A stretch of DNA of 64,000 nt, taken from positions 67,210,001-67,274,000 of the forward strand of contig NW_024704742.1 in assembly GCF_018977255.1 (NCBI RefSeq), written 5' to 3'. The stretch comes from Callorhinchus milii (lineage: Eukaryota). Made by a program: the position numbers and the translations under genes. Below are positions 36,520 to 49,006 of this stretch, in pieces. The notes beneath the pieces are model-generated. The model was not told the origin of the DNA. It worked only from the letters and a program-made list of their open reading frames with translations, and did not search any database. Positions within the stretch are counted from its first letter, which is position 1. Every line of letters begins with the position of its first letter.

Positions 36520-37950
36520 AGCTGCTTTCTCCTCCAGCCCCCGTACTGTCTCGTGCGGTGTTCCTCAGGGCTCTGTCCTTGGTCCCCTCCTCTTCACCCT
36601 CTACATGCTCCCCCTTGGTGACATCATCCGCTGACTTGGGGTAAATTTCCACATGTATGAGGATGACACCCAACTCTACCTCTCTGCCTCCATCCTGAAC
36701 TCCAGGACTACTGGCGTCGTGACCGACTGCCTGTCCGACATCAAGTCCTGGACAAGGGATAACTTTCTCCAACTCAATGTCAACAAGACCAAGGCCCTCC
36801 TGATTGACTCGTGCCAGCACCTCCGCACCTCAGGTGCTGGCAGCCTCAGCCTCCATGGATGTACATTCAACCTCACTAAGCCAGTCAGGAACCTGGGTGT
36901 CTTGTTTGACCCTGAACTGTCCTTTCTCCCCCACATCCACGACATGACCGGCACTGCCTACCACCACCTCCGCAACATTGCCTCACCCCTCAGGCTGCCG
37001 AAACTCTCACATGCATTTGTCACCTCAAGGCTTGATTACAGGAACTCCCTCCTCATCGGCCTTCCCAACTCTTCCCTTCACAAGCTGCAGATCATCCAAA
37101 ACTGCAACTCGTGTACTCTCACGCACCGGGCTCCACGACCCCATCACTCCCACCCTCGCCTGACTCCACTGACTCCCCATCCCCCAAAGGATTGAGTTCA
37201 AGATCCTCATCCTCACCTTTAAGGCCATCCATGGCCTTGCCCCCTCCTACCTCTCTGACCTGCTGACTCCCTACCAACCTGCCCGCTCTCTCCGTTCATC
37301 TTGTGGACTTGTGGAGTCCTGTAGCTCAGTGGTTAGAGCACTCGCTTTGCAAGTGAGAGACCTGAGTTCAATTCCAGGCAGAGGGCGAAACCTTGGGCAA
37401 GTTTCCTTTTCTCCACACGCCTAATAATAATCCCTCCAAAAACAAAAACAATAATAAATTGGTCATTTTCAATCTATGACTGTTTGTGGGACATTGCTGT
37501 GCGCAATTGGCTGCTGCGTTCACCCACAAATATACAGTCAATTCACTTTACAGTGTGTTCTGTGAAGAGCTTTGGGACGTCCTCCCAACGTGAAAAGTGC
37601 TATATCAAATGCAAGGATTATTATTATTATTATTTATCAGTCTCTGGCCTGCTCCATGTCTCCCGCCCGACCCGTCCTACCATCGGTGGCCGGGCTTTCA
37701 GCCTCTCTGCCCCACACTCTGGAACTCCATCCCAGAGTCCCTTCACCTCGCTTTCTCCCTTGCTTCCTTCAAGGCCGGTCTCAAGACTCTTCTCTTCGAC
37801 CGTGCCTTTGGTCTCCCTCTCACCTCTCTACTTTCCCTCACCCCTACACCACCCCTCCCCCATGCTCTGGCCCCCGATATCTGACTGTTCAGCACTTTGG
37901 GACATCCTCCGGACGTGAAAGGCGCTCTATAAATGTAATTTTGTTGTAGT
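36520..37950 (+). mobile_element. L2 LINE fragment interrupted by a SINE (37313-37636)
   Basis: [10 protein letters not shown] and Y.DDTQLY region to the 3' tail; L2 sequence resumes at about 37641. Confidence 0.92.
37313..37636 (+). mobile_element. SINE family A (short variant) inserted in L2
   Basis: ggagtcctgtagctcagtggttagagcactcgc head through to the (att)n tail. Confidence 0.92.
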
Positions 37951-38092
37951 TTCAACATTGTACCTTAACATAAAAGGTGCTTTATAAATTTTCTGTAAAG
38001 TGTAGTGACTGTATTTTTGTTCAGTAAATTTTACCCCTATAGATCTCTCTTTACAGAGTTGAAGAGCCAAAGCTTTTGGGCTCTTCAGGCTT

Positions 38093-38893
38093 GGAGTCTT
38101 GTTAGAGCACACACCAGCAAGAGGATCCGGGATCGATTCCCTAGCAGGGTGAAACCTTAGGCAAGTTTCCTTACTTCAAACTCCTCTGTTTACCTTGCAG
38201 TAAGAAATAACCCAGTTGTTAGACGATTGGCGGATCGCTTTTCGTGGGTAATAGTCCCTTCAAAAAAAATAATAATTTGGTCACTTAATCCACAACTGTT
38301 TGTGGGATACTGCTGTGTGGAATTGGCTGCTACATTTCGCCCACAAAATATACAGTCTATTCACTTTATGGTATATAAATCACTCCCCAATGACCCCAGT
38401 CCTTGCCAGACTGCACTGGCTGCCTATCCCAGAGAGGATCAATTTCAAGATCCTCACCCTTATATTCAAGTCCCTGCACTCCTCTGCACCCCCCTACCTC
38501 TCTGACCTCCTCTCTCCTCAAAACAGTATCCGTTGCCTTCGTTCCTCCGGGTCTGGCCTCCTCCTCATCCCCCGAGTCCTCCGCTCCACCCTCGGCGGCC
38601 GTGCCTTCAGCCACTATGCCCCGAGGCTCCGGAACTCCCTTCCTCACTCCCTTTGCCTATTTTCAGGTCTCTGCTGAAAACCTTTCTTTTCGACCGTGCC
38701 TTTGGTCACCTTCCTCCCCCTCCCCTCGGCTCGGTCCCGGGAACCGTTGCTGTGAAGCGCTCTGAGATGATCTCCGGCGTGGAGTGCGCTATGTAAATCC
38801 AAGTTGTTGTTGTTATATTCTGTGAAGGGATTTGAGTCGTCTCAAAGACATGATAAAGCAATAATCCTTGCATATCAAGTACAAGGATTATTA
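38093..38893 (+). mobile_element. SINE family A split by an L2 insertion
   Basis: Head and body 38093-38378; tail resumes at 38813. Confidence 0.85.
38379..38812 (+). mobile_element. L2 LINE 3' fragment nested inside a SINE tail
   Basis: [20 protein letters not shown] motif and (gtt)n tail; flanked on both sides by contiguous SINE tail sequence. Confidence 0.9.
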
Positions 38894-39244
38894 AGATTAT
38901 CTTGTCATTCCATGTCGACTTTCACATCCGGAAGATGTCCCGAGGCGCTGAAACATTTGTCTGCAAAATACACAGTCACTACACTTTACAGTAATTCCTT
39001 GAAGTGCTTTGAGGTGTGTTTCCAATGAAAAACGTCAAAAGACTCCATCCAAGCAGTGAGCGCATAGGGACAGAATATCAAATGCAAGATTTCTTATTTT
39101 TAGCAGGCAAGTAGGACAACAAAGATACAGGAGATATTTGCTTCATCACTTATACACATCCCGATCTTGTAATCTTATGTGATAACACCACTCGATCATC
39201 TGCCCTATTCCCTCACTTGTCAGAATGCTGAAGCCTCATATTGT

Positions 39245-39580
39245 GGAGGCCTGTAGCGGAGTGGTAAGTGTTCTCGCCTCCCAATTGAGAGGACCCGGGT
39301 TTGATATACCTCTGTTTACCCAGCAGTAAGTAGGAACCCAGTTGTTAGTTGATTGGCGGATTGCTTTCCAGGGGTAATAATCCCTCACCCCTTCTGCCTC
39401 ACAAAACATTTGGTCACTCGATCCACAACTGTTTGTGGGGCACTGCTGTATGCAATTGCTTGCCGTGTGTTGCCCAAAAAATACATAGTCAATCCACTTT
39501 ACAATATATTTGGTGAAGCACTTTGAGATATCTCAACAACGTGATAAGGCGCATTATCAAATACAAGGATTATTATTATT
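39245..39580 (+). mobile_element. SINE family A
   Basis: Same head, body and tail. Confidence 0.88.
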
Positions 39581-39979
39581 GTTGTTTCCCCTTGGGCACC
39601 CCAGCTCATAACGAACTTGAGAATGTCATGGTTATTTTATGTTATTGTTAAACCAGGTGGTTTATTTTATCCACTGTCAGAGGGAAGAGGATTGGAAGGA
39701 GCCAGTCAATCATACCCAGCAGCTTCAATGTGCTTAAGATCCAGAGAATCTCCCAAGAGAGCTGGAATAAGCTTCAATATTAATCTCCTCAGTTTGCAAT
39801 TTGTTCCCCTTTTGAGTACTTCCTGTGAATACTGAGCCTTAAATTGGAGCTGTCAGTCATTCTTTGGGAAGGAAAATGGAGCAGGTACTGGTGAGAGTTA
39901 ACACATCAACCAACAATGTGTCAACATCCCTTCATAGCCAAGCAATAACTATTAATTATTAATTAATAACTAATATCAA

Positions 39980-40790
39980 GTGGAGAAATGCGAGGTATTG
40001 CATTTTGGAAGAAAGAATGAGGGGAGGCAATACAGGGTGGTAATACAATCTTAAAGGGGGGTGAAAGAACAGAGAGACCTGGGGGTGCAGGTAAATGAAT
40101 CCTTGAAGGTGGCAGGACAGGTAGATAAGGCTGTAAAAAGGGCATATGGGATACTAGACTTTATAAATAGGGGCATAGAGTACAAGAGTCAGGAGGTTAT
40201 GATTAACCTATATAAAACACTGGTTAGGCCTCAGTTAGAATATTGTGGTCCAGTTCTGGGCACCACACTATAGGAAGGATATTAAGGCATTGGGAAGAGT
40301 GCAGAGGAGATTTACGAGGATGGTACCAGGAATGAGGGACCTTGATTATGAGGAAAGGCACGAGAGGCTGGGATTATTCTCATTGGAGCAGAGAAGGTTA
40401 TGAGGAGACCTAATAGAGGTCTTCACAATCATGAGGGGATTTGATAGGTTAAAAAGGGAAAATTGTTTCCACTGGTGGGTGTGTCGGTGACTCGAGGTCA
40501 CAGATTTAAAATAGTTCCTAAAAGAAGCAGAGGGGAGGTGAGAAGAAATTTTTTCACGTAGCGAGTTGTTCGAATCTGGAACGCATTGCCTGAAAGGGTG
40601 GTCGAGGCCGATTCGATAGCTACTTTTAAAAATGCGGTGGACAGGTATTTGAGGAGGACGGGTTTGCAGAGTTATGGAGAAAGGGGAGTGGGATTGACAT
40701 TGCATTGCTCTTTTCAAAGAGCCGACACAGACTCGATGGTCCGAATGGCCTCTTTTTGCGCTTTACGATTCTATGATATGATTCTATGAA
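39980..40790 (+). mobile_element. CR1 LINE 3' fragment
   Basis: [51 protein letters not shown]; attctatg tail. Confidence 0.95.
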
Positions 40791-41369
40791 TTGATTTTGA
40801 TCAGACTTTTGGTTGATGTGATAATTATCACTGGTGATAATATCACATGCTGCATTTTCTTTGTGATCTTTAATGATTTGTTTTAACTATCTAACACCTC
40901 TTAATAGCATTGCTTCACTATTCTCATACTTGATGTGAGTTTATTACTGCCTTAGAAATCTGTTTGAGTTACTGACCAGAGATGAAGTCGATGACCAGAG
41001 GGCAATAATTTAAAAAAGTTAACTAGTTAGCAAAACAGAAGGCATTTCCTTGTAATTTGTGGAATACCCTGCCAGGTATGGTGATTGAAACAGGAACAAT
41101 ATTAGCTTTCCAGAGGGAACTACATAGATATCTGAAACTGAGTTATTTGCTAGTGTATGGAAAGGAAAGGTGAATGGGATTGCCAGGAAGGGTGATTGAA
41201 GACACTGCCCTAATTGATGCTGTGATTGGGTGGGTGTTCTGGAGGGATGAGATCAGATGGGCCAAAGGGCCTCTTTCATCCAAACCAATCTTGTGATTTT
41301 GTGAATGGATTGGTCATTCAAAAATCCAGCATAGCACAATGAGCTGAATGGCTTTCTGTGCTGTAGCCA

Positions 41370-41945
41370 GTTTGCACGCAGCAATTTCCCCCAAAACAGC
41401 CATAAAGCAAATAACTAATTTTATTTGAGGATTGTTGGCCAAGAGGAACTCCCTTCTCTTTTCGAATAGCACCATGGGATCTTTAACGTCCATCTGAATG
41501 GGCAGACGGGATCTTGATTTAACATCTCATCTGAATGACGGCACCTCCAACAATGTAACATGCCCCCAGCACGACATTGGAGTGTCAGTTTAGTCTATGT
41601 GATTCCAAGTCCCCATGCAATGTGGGGCTTGAATCTACAACCTTCTGACACAGAGGCGAGAGTGCTACCGCTGATCCAGACTGACATACAAACGCACTGA
41701 CACACAATTTCCCACAAACAACCATGAAGAGAAGGGAGAGACTCCCTTCTCTTTAACCTGCAGCCGAACAGGCAGGCAGGACGTGAGTTTGATGTTTCAT
41801 CTGAAGGACGGTAGCTCCAAGCAACAAAACTCCAAGCACTGCATCACTGATCGGCCATCAGCCTGGAGTATGTGACGTCAAAGTCCCGACGTGGGGTTTG
41901 AACCCACAACCTGCTGACTCAGAGGCAAGAGCCAGGCTTGACAGT
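41370..41945 (-). mobile_element. Two tandem Deu-domain SINEs
   Basis: Two successive gacggcacctccaacaatg...gaacccacaacc..ctgactcagaggc-type units. Confidence 0.82.
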
Positions 41946-43024
41946 TTAAAGAATTTAGTAACTGCAGGGCATAGATTTAAGATCATCAGCAAAAAAAAAC
42001 AAAGGCAGAGGTTAGGAAAAATGTTTTACCAAAAATAGTGGCTTTATAATAGCTTTCAAAAGGAAATAGGACAAATACTTTGATAAGGGAAAAAACATAA
42101 AAGGCTGTGGGAAAAGGTCATGGGAGTGGGACTCAAACGGATAGCTCTTTTAGAGAGCTAGCACAGGCATGAAAGGCTACGTTATATACTGTAAAGCTCT
42201 ATGGTTCAGACCTGTGAAGGAGCTAGGACGTTTGGAAGTTTTGAAACTTTGCCTCTTACCTGTGAGTTGCAGAATTTGTGTTGAACCATCAGGTGGCGAA
42301 GAGATCACAGGAAACAAATAAAAGACACCAAACCCGCTCCTCCGGTTTGAGCTGTCCCTCCTGGGCATGGTTTGAGTGAAACAAGAGGAAATTAATCGCT
42401 AAAGTGTCTTTTTGAAGAGGTGTGGTCCTGGTAATTGTGGGTTTTTCTAAATAGGTTGTTCAACATGGCAGATATGAGTGCTTAAGCACGCCGTAGTATA
42501 GACTTTGAATTGCTTAAGGCCTTTTGGGAGGAAATAGCTTTTATGAGATCTCGTTGTTCCTGTCAGAGGTTTTGCAAGATTAATGTCCTGGCCAGGTATC
42601 AAGTTGAGTTCCCCTGAGAGCATTACTCTGGAAATATCTCGACTAGTATTTCATCTGCACTCATTTTTACTATAAATAAGGTGTCTTTGCTCATTACAAA
42701 ACTACGCTTTGTCACACAAGAGACTTTGAATATTTCTCAAGGAGCAGCAACGCATCCAATAAAAACAATTCTTTTTTAAAAAAAGCTGGAGTAATCTTTG
42801 GAGCAATAATTGGAAAGACAAATCGCAGCAGTAGATTTGTCATTTTAAATTATGTGGAATTCAACTGGAGTTTTATCGGAGACCTTATCTGACGAGTTCA
42901 TTGCATGATTCATGTTATAGTTTCTGGCGCTGGTGACATGTTCTTCCTCTTTTACTGGCCCTTGATATCTTTAGAAAAGAAAAACGCAAAGCTCGAATAA
43001 AATTGTCTTATACACTTTTCTCTA

Positions 43025-43388
43025 TAATAATCCTTGCATTTCATATAGCAGCTTATCACGTCTTCGAGACATCTCAAAGCGCTTCACAGAATAGACTGTG
43101 AAGTGAATTGACTGGATATTTTGTGAGCAAAACGCAGAAGCCAATTCTGCCCAGCAGTGTGCCACTCACAGTAGAAACCAAATTATTATTTTCTTTAATT
43201 GTTTTTAAGGGATTATTATCTCTGGAAAAGTGATCCGCCAATCGACTAGTAACCAGGTTCCTATTTACTACTAAGTAAACAAAGGTGTGTAGAATACGGA
43301 AACTTGCCTAAGGTTTCACTCTGCCAGGGAATCAAACCTGAGTCCTCTCATTTGCGAGGCGAGTGCTTGATCCAATACACTACAGGAC
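43025..43388 (-). mobile_element. SINE family A
   Basis: Reverse complement of the family pattern. Confidence 0.88.
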
Positions 43389-43784
43389 AGCACGTTGTTA
43401 TAAACTATATCAAAATTCTCTCAAGATTTTGTTCACTAAAATCCGCTACATTTAATACAAAATCTTGGCTGTTTTAGTGAGAATTGATGCTTTTTACCAA
43501 TTGAGCAAGAAAGCCTTCACCATTTTTGTTTGTTGTTTTTTCTTAACACTGGATCAGGAGGTTGTGGGTTCAAGCCCTCAAACCGGTGCATGAGCTCACA
43601 ATCTTGGCACAATCTCTGCATTAATCTCTGCCAGTGTTCAATGGGAAGATGCGCTCACTGAAGTGACTGCTTCCTGCTGCTCTTGGGGCACTAATGTTAT
43701 AGTCCACTTGGCATTTGGCCTCTGAATGACCTCTGGTATGAGGCTCATTGTCCATGGATGCTTCACCAAGAGCAAACACCACTG

Positions 43785-44707
43785 TCTAACACCATAGGTC
43801 ACTGAGACCCTCTTACACGCATTCATAACATACAGGCTCGATTATGCAAACTCCCTGCTTGTCGGCCTCCCAAACTCCTCCTTCCATAGGCTGCAGATCA
43901 TCCAGAACTCTGCAGCCCATGTCCTCTCCTGCACCAGGCTCCGTGACCCTATCAACCTCATCCTCGCCCGACTCCACTGTCTTCTCATCACACAGAGAAT
44001 GCAGTTCAACATCCTGATTCTCACCTTCAAAGCCCTCCATGGTCTTGCTCCCCACTACCACTGCGATCTCCTAACCCCCTACCATCCTGCCCACTCCCTC
44101 CCCTCAACAGGCTCCGGCCTGCTTTACATACCCTGTCATGCCTGCCGTGGTGGGCGGGCCTTCAGCTACTCTGCCGCCAGCCTCTGGAACTCCATCCCCA
44201 ATCCCTGTCTCATTCCCTCCCTTGCCTCTTTCAAGAATTGTTTCAAGACCCTCTTCGACTGTACCTTCGGTCACCCCCCTACTCTTCATGTGGAGTCCCG
44301 TAGCTCAGTGGTTTGAGGATTCGTTTTGCAAGCGAGAGACCTGGGTTCAATTCCCAGCAGGTTGAAACCTTGGGCAAGTTTCCTTACTCCACACGCCTGA
44401 TAATAAGCCCTCAAGAAAAAAAACAATAATAAATTGGTCATGACCATTTGTGGGACACTGCTGTCCGCAATTGGCTGCCACATTTTGCCCACAAATATAC
44501 AGTCATTTCACTTTACAGTCTATTCTGTGAAGCACTTTGTGACGTCTAGAAGACATGAAAAGCGCTATATCAAATGCAAGGATTATTATTATTATCCGAC
44601 TCGATCCTGACCCTCAGCTCGGTTTCAAAGTACTGATTGACTAACGCCTTGAGACATCCTCCTGATGTGAAAGGCGCTATACAAATGTAATTTTTTTGTT
44701 GTTGTTG
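43785..44707 (+). mobile_element. L2 LINE 3' fragment interrupted by a SINE (44292-44595)
   Basis: RLDYANSLL.GLP...RLQIIQNSAA-type sequence; the L2 tail resumes at 44596-44707. Confidence 0.88.
44292..44595 (+). mobile_element. SINE family A (short variant) inserted in L2
   Basis: Same head and tail. Confidence 0.9.
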
Positions 44708-44709
44708 AT

Positions 44710-45245
44710 ATTATAATCCTTCCATTTGACGCAGCGCTTTTTCATATTGTTGAAACGTCTCAAAGCACTGTATGGGATTGCTATAAAGTGTAGTGACTGT
44801 CAGCGAAAGTGCTAAACAAACTGCACACAGCAATGTCGCACACCAACAACAGCATCATGTAACGCCCTTCACATGGGATAATGTCTCTAAGAGTCTCACG
44901 GTGGAGTTGGATCCTGAAAGGGAGGGAAAGGTGGTCAAAGAAGTTGATTTTAAAGTGGGATTTAAAGACAGATAAAGAGAAGTGAATGGATCAATTTTAT
45001 TTGAGGGATTTTTGGCCAGATTGCTGAGAAAAGTTCTCTTCTTATTTTGAATAATTCCATAAAATCTTTAATATTCACCTGAACAAGCTGATAGGACCTC
45101 GGTTTATCATCTCATCCGAAGGACAGCACCTCCAACAATGCAGCACTGCACTGGAGAGTCAGCCTAGACTGAGACCTGATATGGAGTTTGAACCCACAAC
45201 CTTCTGACTGAGAGGTGAGAGCACTCCTGACTGAACCAGGCTAAG
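44710..45245 (-). mobile_element. Deu-domain SINE (with internal L2-like insert)
   Basis: Tail at 44710; Deu body and head at 44985-45245. Confidence 0.75.
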
Positions 45246-45879
45246 CAATACAGTTGATGATTTGACACGAATAAGATCCCAGAGTCTGCCAATTGAACTG
45301 TACTCCAGTATTAAAAATAATCCTTACACATAGTGCTTCATCATGTTGTTGAGATATCTCAAAGTAAGTGAATCAAACCCAGGTCCTCTCGCTTGTGAGG
45401 CGAACGCGCAAATCACTACACTACGGGACTATATGTTATTGCCTCCAGAACAAAAACAAATCCAGTGCGATTTTTCTTTCTTTAGTGTTAACAATAGATA
45501 AATTTCTCCAGATGTCCATAATTCACTTATGATTTTTTCAGATCTGATCCATCTGGACAGCCCCACTGGTGGAGACGATTATCATGTCATTGATGTCGTG
45601 ATGTATTCCATGTTTCTATTCCCCTGGTTGCCGCGCTGACAAGGATTCCCATGTAACAAGAAATTAGACTGCATTTCTTCTCATGGGAGCAAAGCTGCTT
45701 CGTTCACCAGCAGTGTAGGGATGTGCAATGGGAAGCTGGCTTTATAATTCTCCCTCCACTTCACTTTCAGACATTGACAATGCTTTTGGCTCCTCAATAA
45801 TAATGATAATAATAATGATTATTTAATTTATATAGCAGCTATTATGTCAAGGTCTTAAAGTGTCTGGGGATTATCTGAC

Positions 45880-46505
45880 AGGAGACCGGGAGAAATTCCC
45901 TTCTTTTTTAAGTAGTGCCATGGAATCTTTAGCATCCACCTGAACAGGCAGGCAAGACCTCAGTTTAATGTCTCATCTGAATGATGGCACCTCTGACAAT
46001 GTAGCACTCTGGCATTGGGAGTGTCATCCTTGACTTTGAGCTCAAAGTCCTAAATTTGGTCATTCAATCCATGTTTATGGGACACTGCTGTGCACAATTG
46101 GCTGCTATGTCTCAAAGAGCTTCCCAGGATATACTGTAAAGTGGATTGACTTTTGAGTGAAACTCAGCAGCCAATTGTGCACAGCAGTGTCCCACAAGCA
46201 GAAATGGAGTGAGTGACCACATTTTGTATTTGGGGGATTTGTTGGCCACGATACCAGGAGAGGGGAAACTCCCTTCTCTTTTCGAATAGTGCCATGGGAT
46301 CTTTTAGGTCCACCTGAACAGGCTGCTGGGACCTCGGTTTAACATCTCATCCTAAGAACGGTACCTTTGACAACCCAGCACATCCTCAGCACTGGATTGA
46401 AGTGTCAGCTTAGCCTATGTGATTCCAAATGCCTATGTGGGGGTTGAACCCACAACCTTCTGATTAACAGTGGAGAGTACTACCGCTGCGCTAGGCTGAC
46501 ACACA
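45880..46505 (-). mobile_element. Two Deu-domain SINEs plus an inverted tail fragment
   Basis: Deu bodies at 45880-46050 and 46110-46505. Confidence 0.82.
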
Positions 46506-47843
46506 AACACAGAGTGAATAGGTTTGGCTGAAGCTGGTTGAGGCTTCAATGGGTTAAGATCTTTGCTGTAGCCGTCCTGTCCTGTTGCAGGGAACACTCA
46601 GTGAGCTTTGGAGAATCTTATCATCTCCAACCCCCAACCTCTCCACACACAGACACACACACACAACACAAAGAATGAAACTCAATAGTCCCGCATCCCG
46701 CTGTCCAAAATACTGTATCACACACCTCCCCGGGGACTACACTAAGCTGCAGCACCTGGGTTCATTATTGTATGATTGGTTACTTTTATGAATTAAATTC
46801 CGATTCACAAAATCACTCCGGTGTGTAACGTAATCGTGTGTTAATAGAGGCAGGTGTTTTATGGAAAGGGTCGGAGTTCACCAACTGAGCTGTATTAAAA
46901 CCAGTTGCAGGAGGGTCTGGCATTTATATAGGAAGGTTAGTTGGCTCCAACGAACAAGTTTCTCTACACAAGCTCAAGGTGCAGACCTGCACTCAGCCAA
47001 ACAGCTGTGGCAAGTCCATTACTTCATCAGACCTGGAGTGGGGGGTGGGGGGGGTTGTTTATTGAATTTTTGGGAGCGAGCAACAGTGACTACTAATAGA
47101 GGAATATTCTCAAGGTTTTCTGTCTCACCTACAAAATACAATCATTTCACATTACATGGAATCCTGTCAAGTGCTTTGAGACGTCCTCCCGACGTGAAAG
47201 CCGTTGTATCAAGCGCAAAACATTCTTATAATTTAACAGGTGGAGAACAAAGTACCAAAAAGTGTTTAGAGACGTATACTTTGTTCACAAGTTCTTTGAC
47301 AAATGACAAATGAGCCAAATAATAAGTGAAACCATGCATCCTTGGCCTTTCCTTTTTACTGATACGGTTATTGGAAAAGTCAATTATACCTTGATCCAAC
47401 TGCTACTGTTTTAACAAGAATAATGTAAATGTGTTTGAGAAGTCTCAGGTCTGTGCAGCTCACATCTGCTGAGTGACTGCTCAGCACAGTTAGCGAACAT
47501 TTGACAGTTTTTCTGTGGTGATCGGGGGGAAAGGGTAAGAGAAGAGTGTAAGGGAGGAAGGAAAGTATATACTTCAGTTAGAACTGAGATGCAATTCCTC
47601 TAGGCTAGCATCCCCTGGAGTTTTCTGTTTACAGACTGGTGAACTCCAACCCTACAGATGCTCTTTCACGTGCTGTTTTTCCAATCCTGGCAACAAAGCT
47701 GCTTGACTTCAAGCAGTATCATAGAACCATTGAAATCTACAGCGTAGAAGAAGGCCATTCAGCCCATCCGTGTCTGTGCTGATCAGTCTACAGTAAAATG
47801 ATTGGAGGTGCCGTCCTTCAGATGACGGCAATTAATCATAAGA

Positions 47844-47888
47844 ATGTCCCATAAAATAGCCTTAACCTAAGGCTATTTTATGGGACAT
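47844..47888. repeat. Perfect 21-bp inverted repeat with 3-nt loop
   Basis: atgtcccataaaatagcctta-acc-taaggctattttatgggacat. Confidence 0.95.
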
Positions 47889-48657
47889 CGCTGTAGGCCC
47901 GTTTTGAGACAGGCCTTGAAGGAAGCAAGTGAATACAAATTTGATCAAATTAATCAAATGCAAGCATTATTATCATCATTATTATAATCTGCTTGGATCA
48001 GAGTTTATACTTTGTTTTATTTCTTTTTCTTCCTTTTAGACTTCACTTATCCTGTCGGGAACGTAGCCCGGACCTTTGGGAGTTACGAGTGCACCGGCTG
48101 TGCTCCTTTATTGAAAGTGTCTGTCAGCGGCCTGTGTCTCATTAGCCACATATGTTCCATTTAAGGTGTTTTGCAAAACGCACTTTAATTGCATGTCTTT
48201 CTGGACAATGTGCTGCACTGATATTGCAATCTGGGTTCTAATAGCTGGTTTTACATGAAGTGAACTAGGTCCCTGGCGAGTCGGAGGGATTTGGTTTCAA
48301 TCACTGGACACAGTGGGCATTCTTTGCACTTCTGACAGATGTTACTTGGCCACTGAATGGAAACCGCCTGTGGGATTTTACATTCATTTGATTGAACAGT
48401 TCACACTGGGGCCTTTCCAGCTGATGGTTGGAAACTGCAACCAGCCTGGATCCATCCAATTCATCCTCTTGGTGACATGTTTTTATCACAAGATCACAGG
48501 GGAGAGGCTCTGGCCAAGAAAGTCTTTTGGACCATTTGATCTCCATCTTTCAGAGCAACCACCTCAACCGCCTTCCCATTTGCAGCAAGTTACTTTTGCT
48601 CTTTTTGCCTACTGTCCACTCTCCTGGGAACCTACTGCATCCAATGTGTAAAGATAT

Positions 48658-49006
48658 GGAGTCCTGTAGTGTATTGGTTAGAACACTCGCCTCACAAACG
48701 AAAAGACCCGTGTTCGATTCCTGGGCAGAGCGAAACCTCAAGCAAGTTTCCTTACTTCACACGCCTCTGTTTACCTAGCAGTAAGTAGGAACCCGGTTGT
48801 TCGTCTATTGGCAGATCACTTTCTGGAATTTATAAACCCTTCAAAATAAAATAATAATAATAATTTGTTCACTCAATACATGTCTTTGTGGGACACTGCT
48901 GTGTGCAATTGGCTGCAGCATTTCGCCCACAAAATATACAGTCAATTCTTGATATAAATATACATGATAAGGTGTTATATCAAATGCAAGGATTATTATT
49001 ATTATT
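48658..49006 (+). mobile_element. SINE family A
   Basis: Same head, body and tail. Confidence 0.88.

Noticed and set aside
37313..37385. tRNA-Ala-like cloverleaf heads (many copies)
   Set aside because: Each continues into SINE body and tail, lacks a proper acceptor stem and is diverged; these are SINE heads, not tRNA genes.
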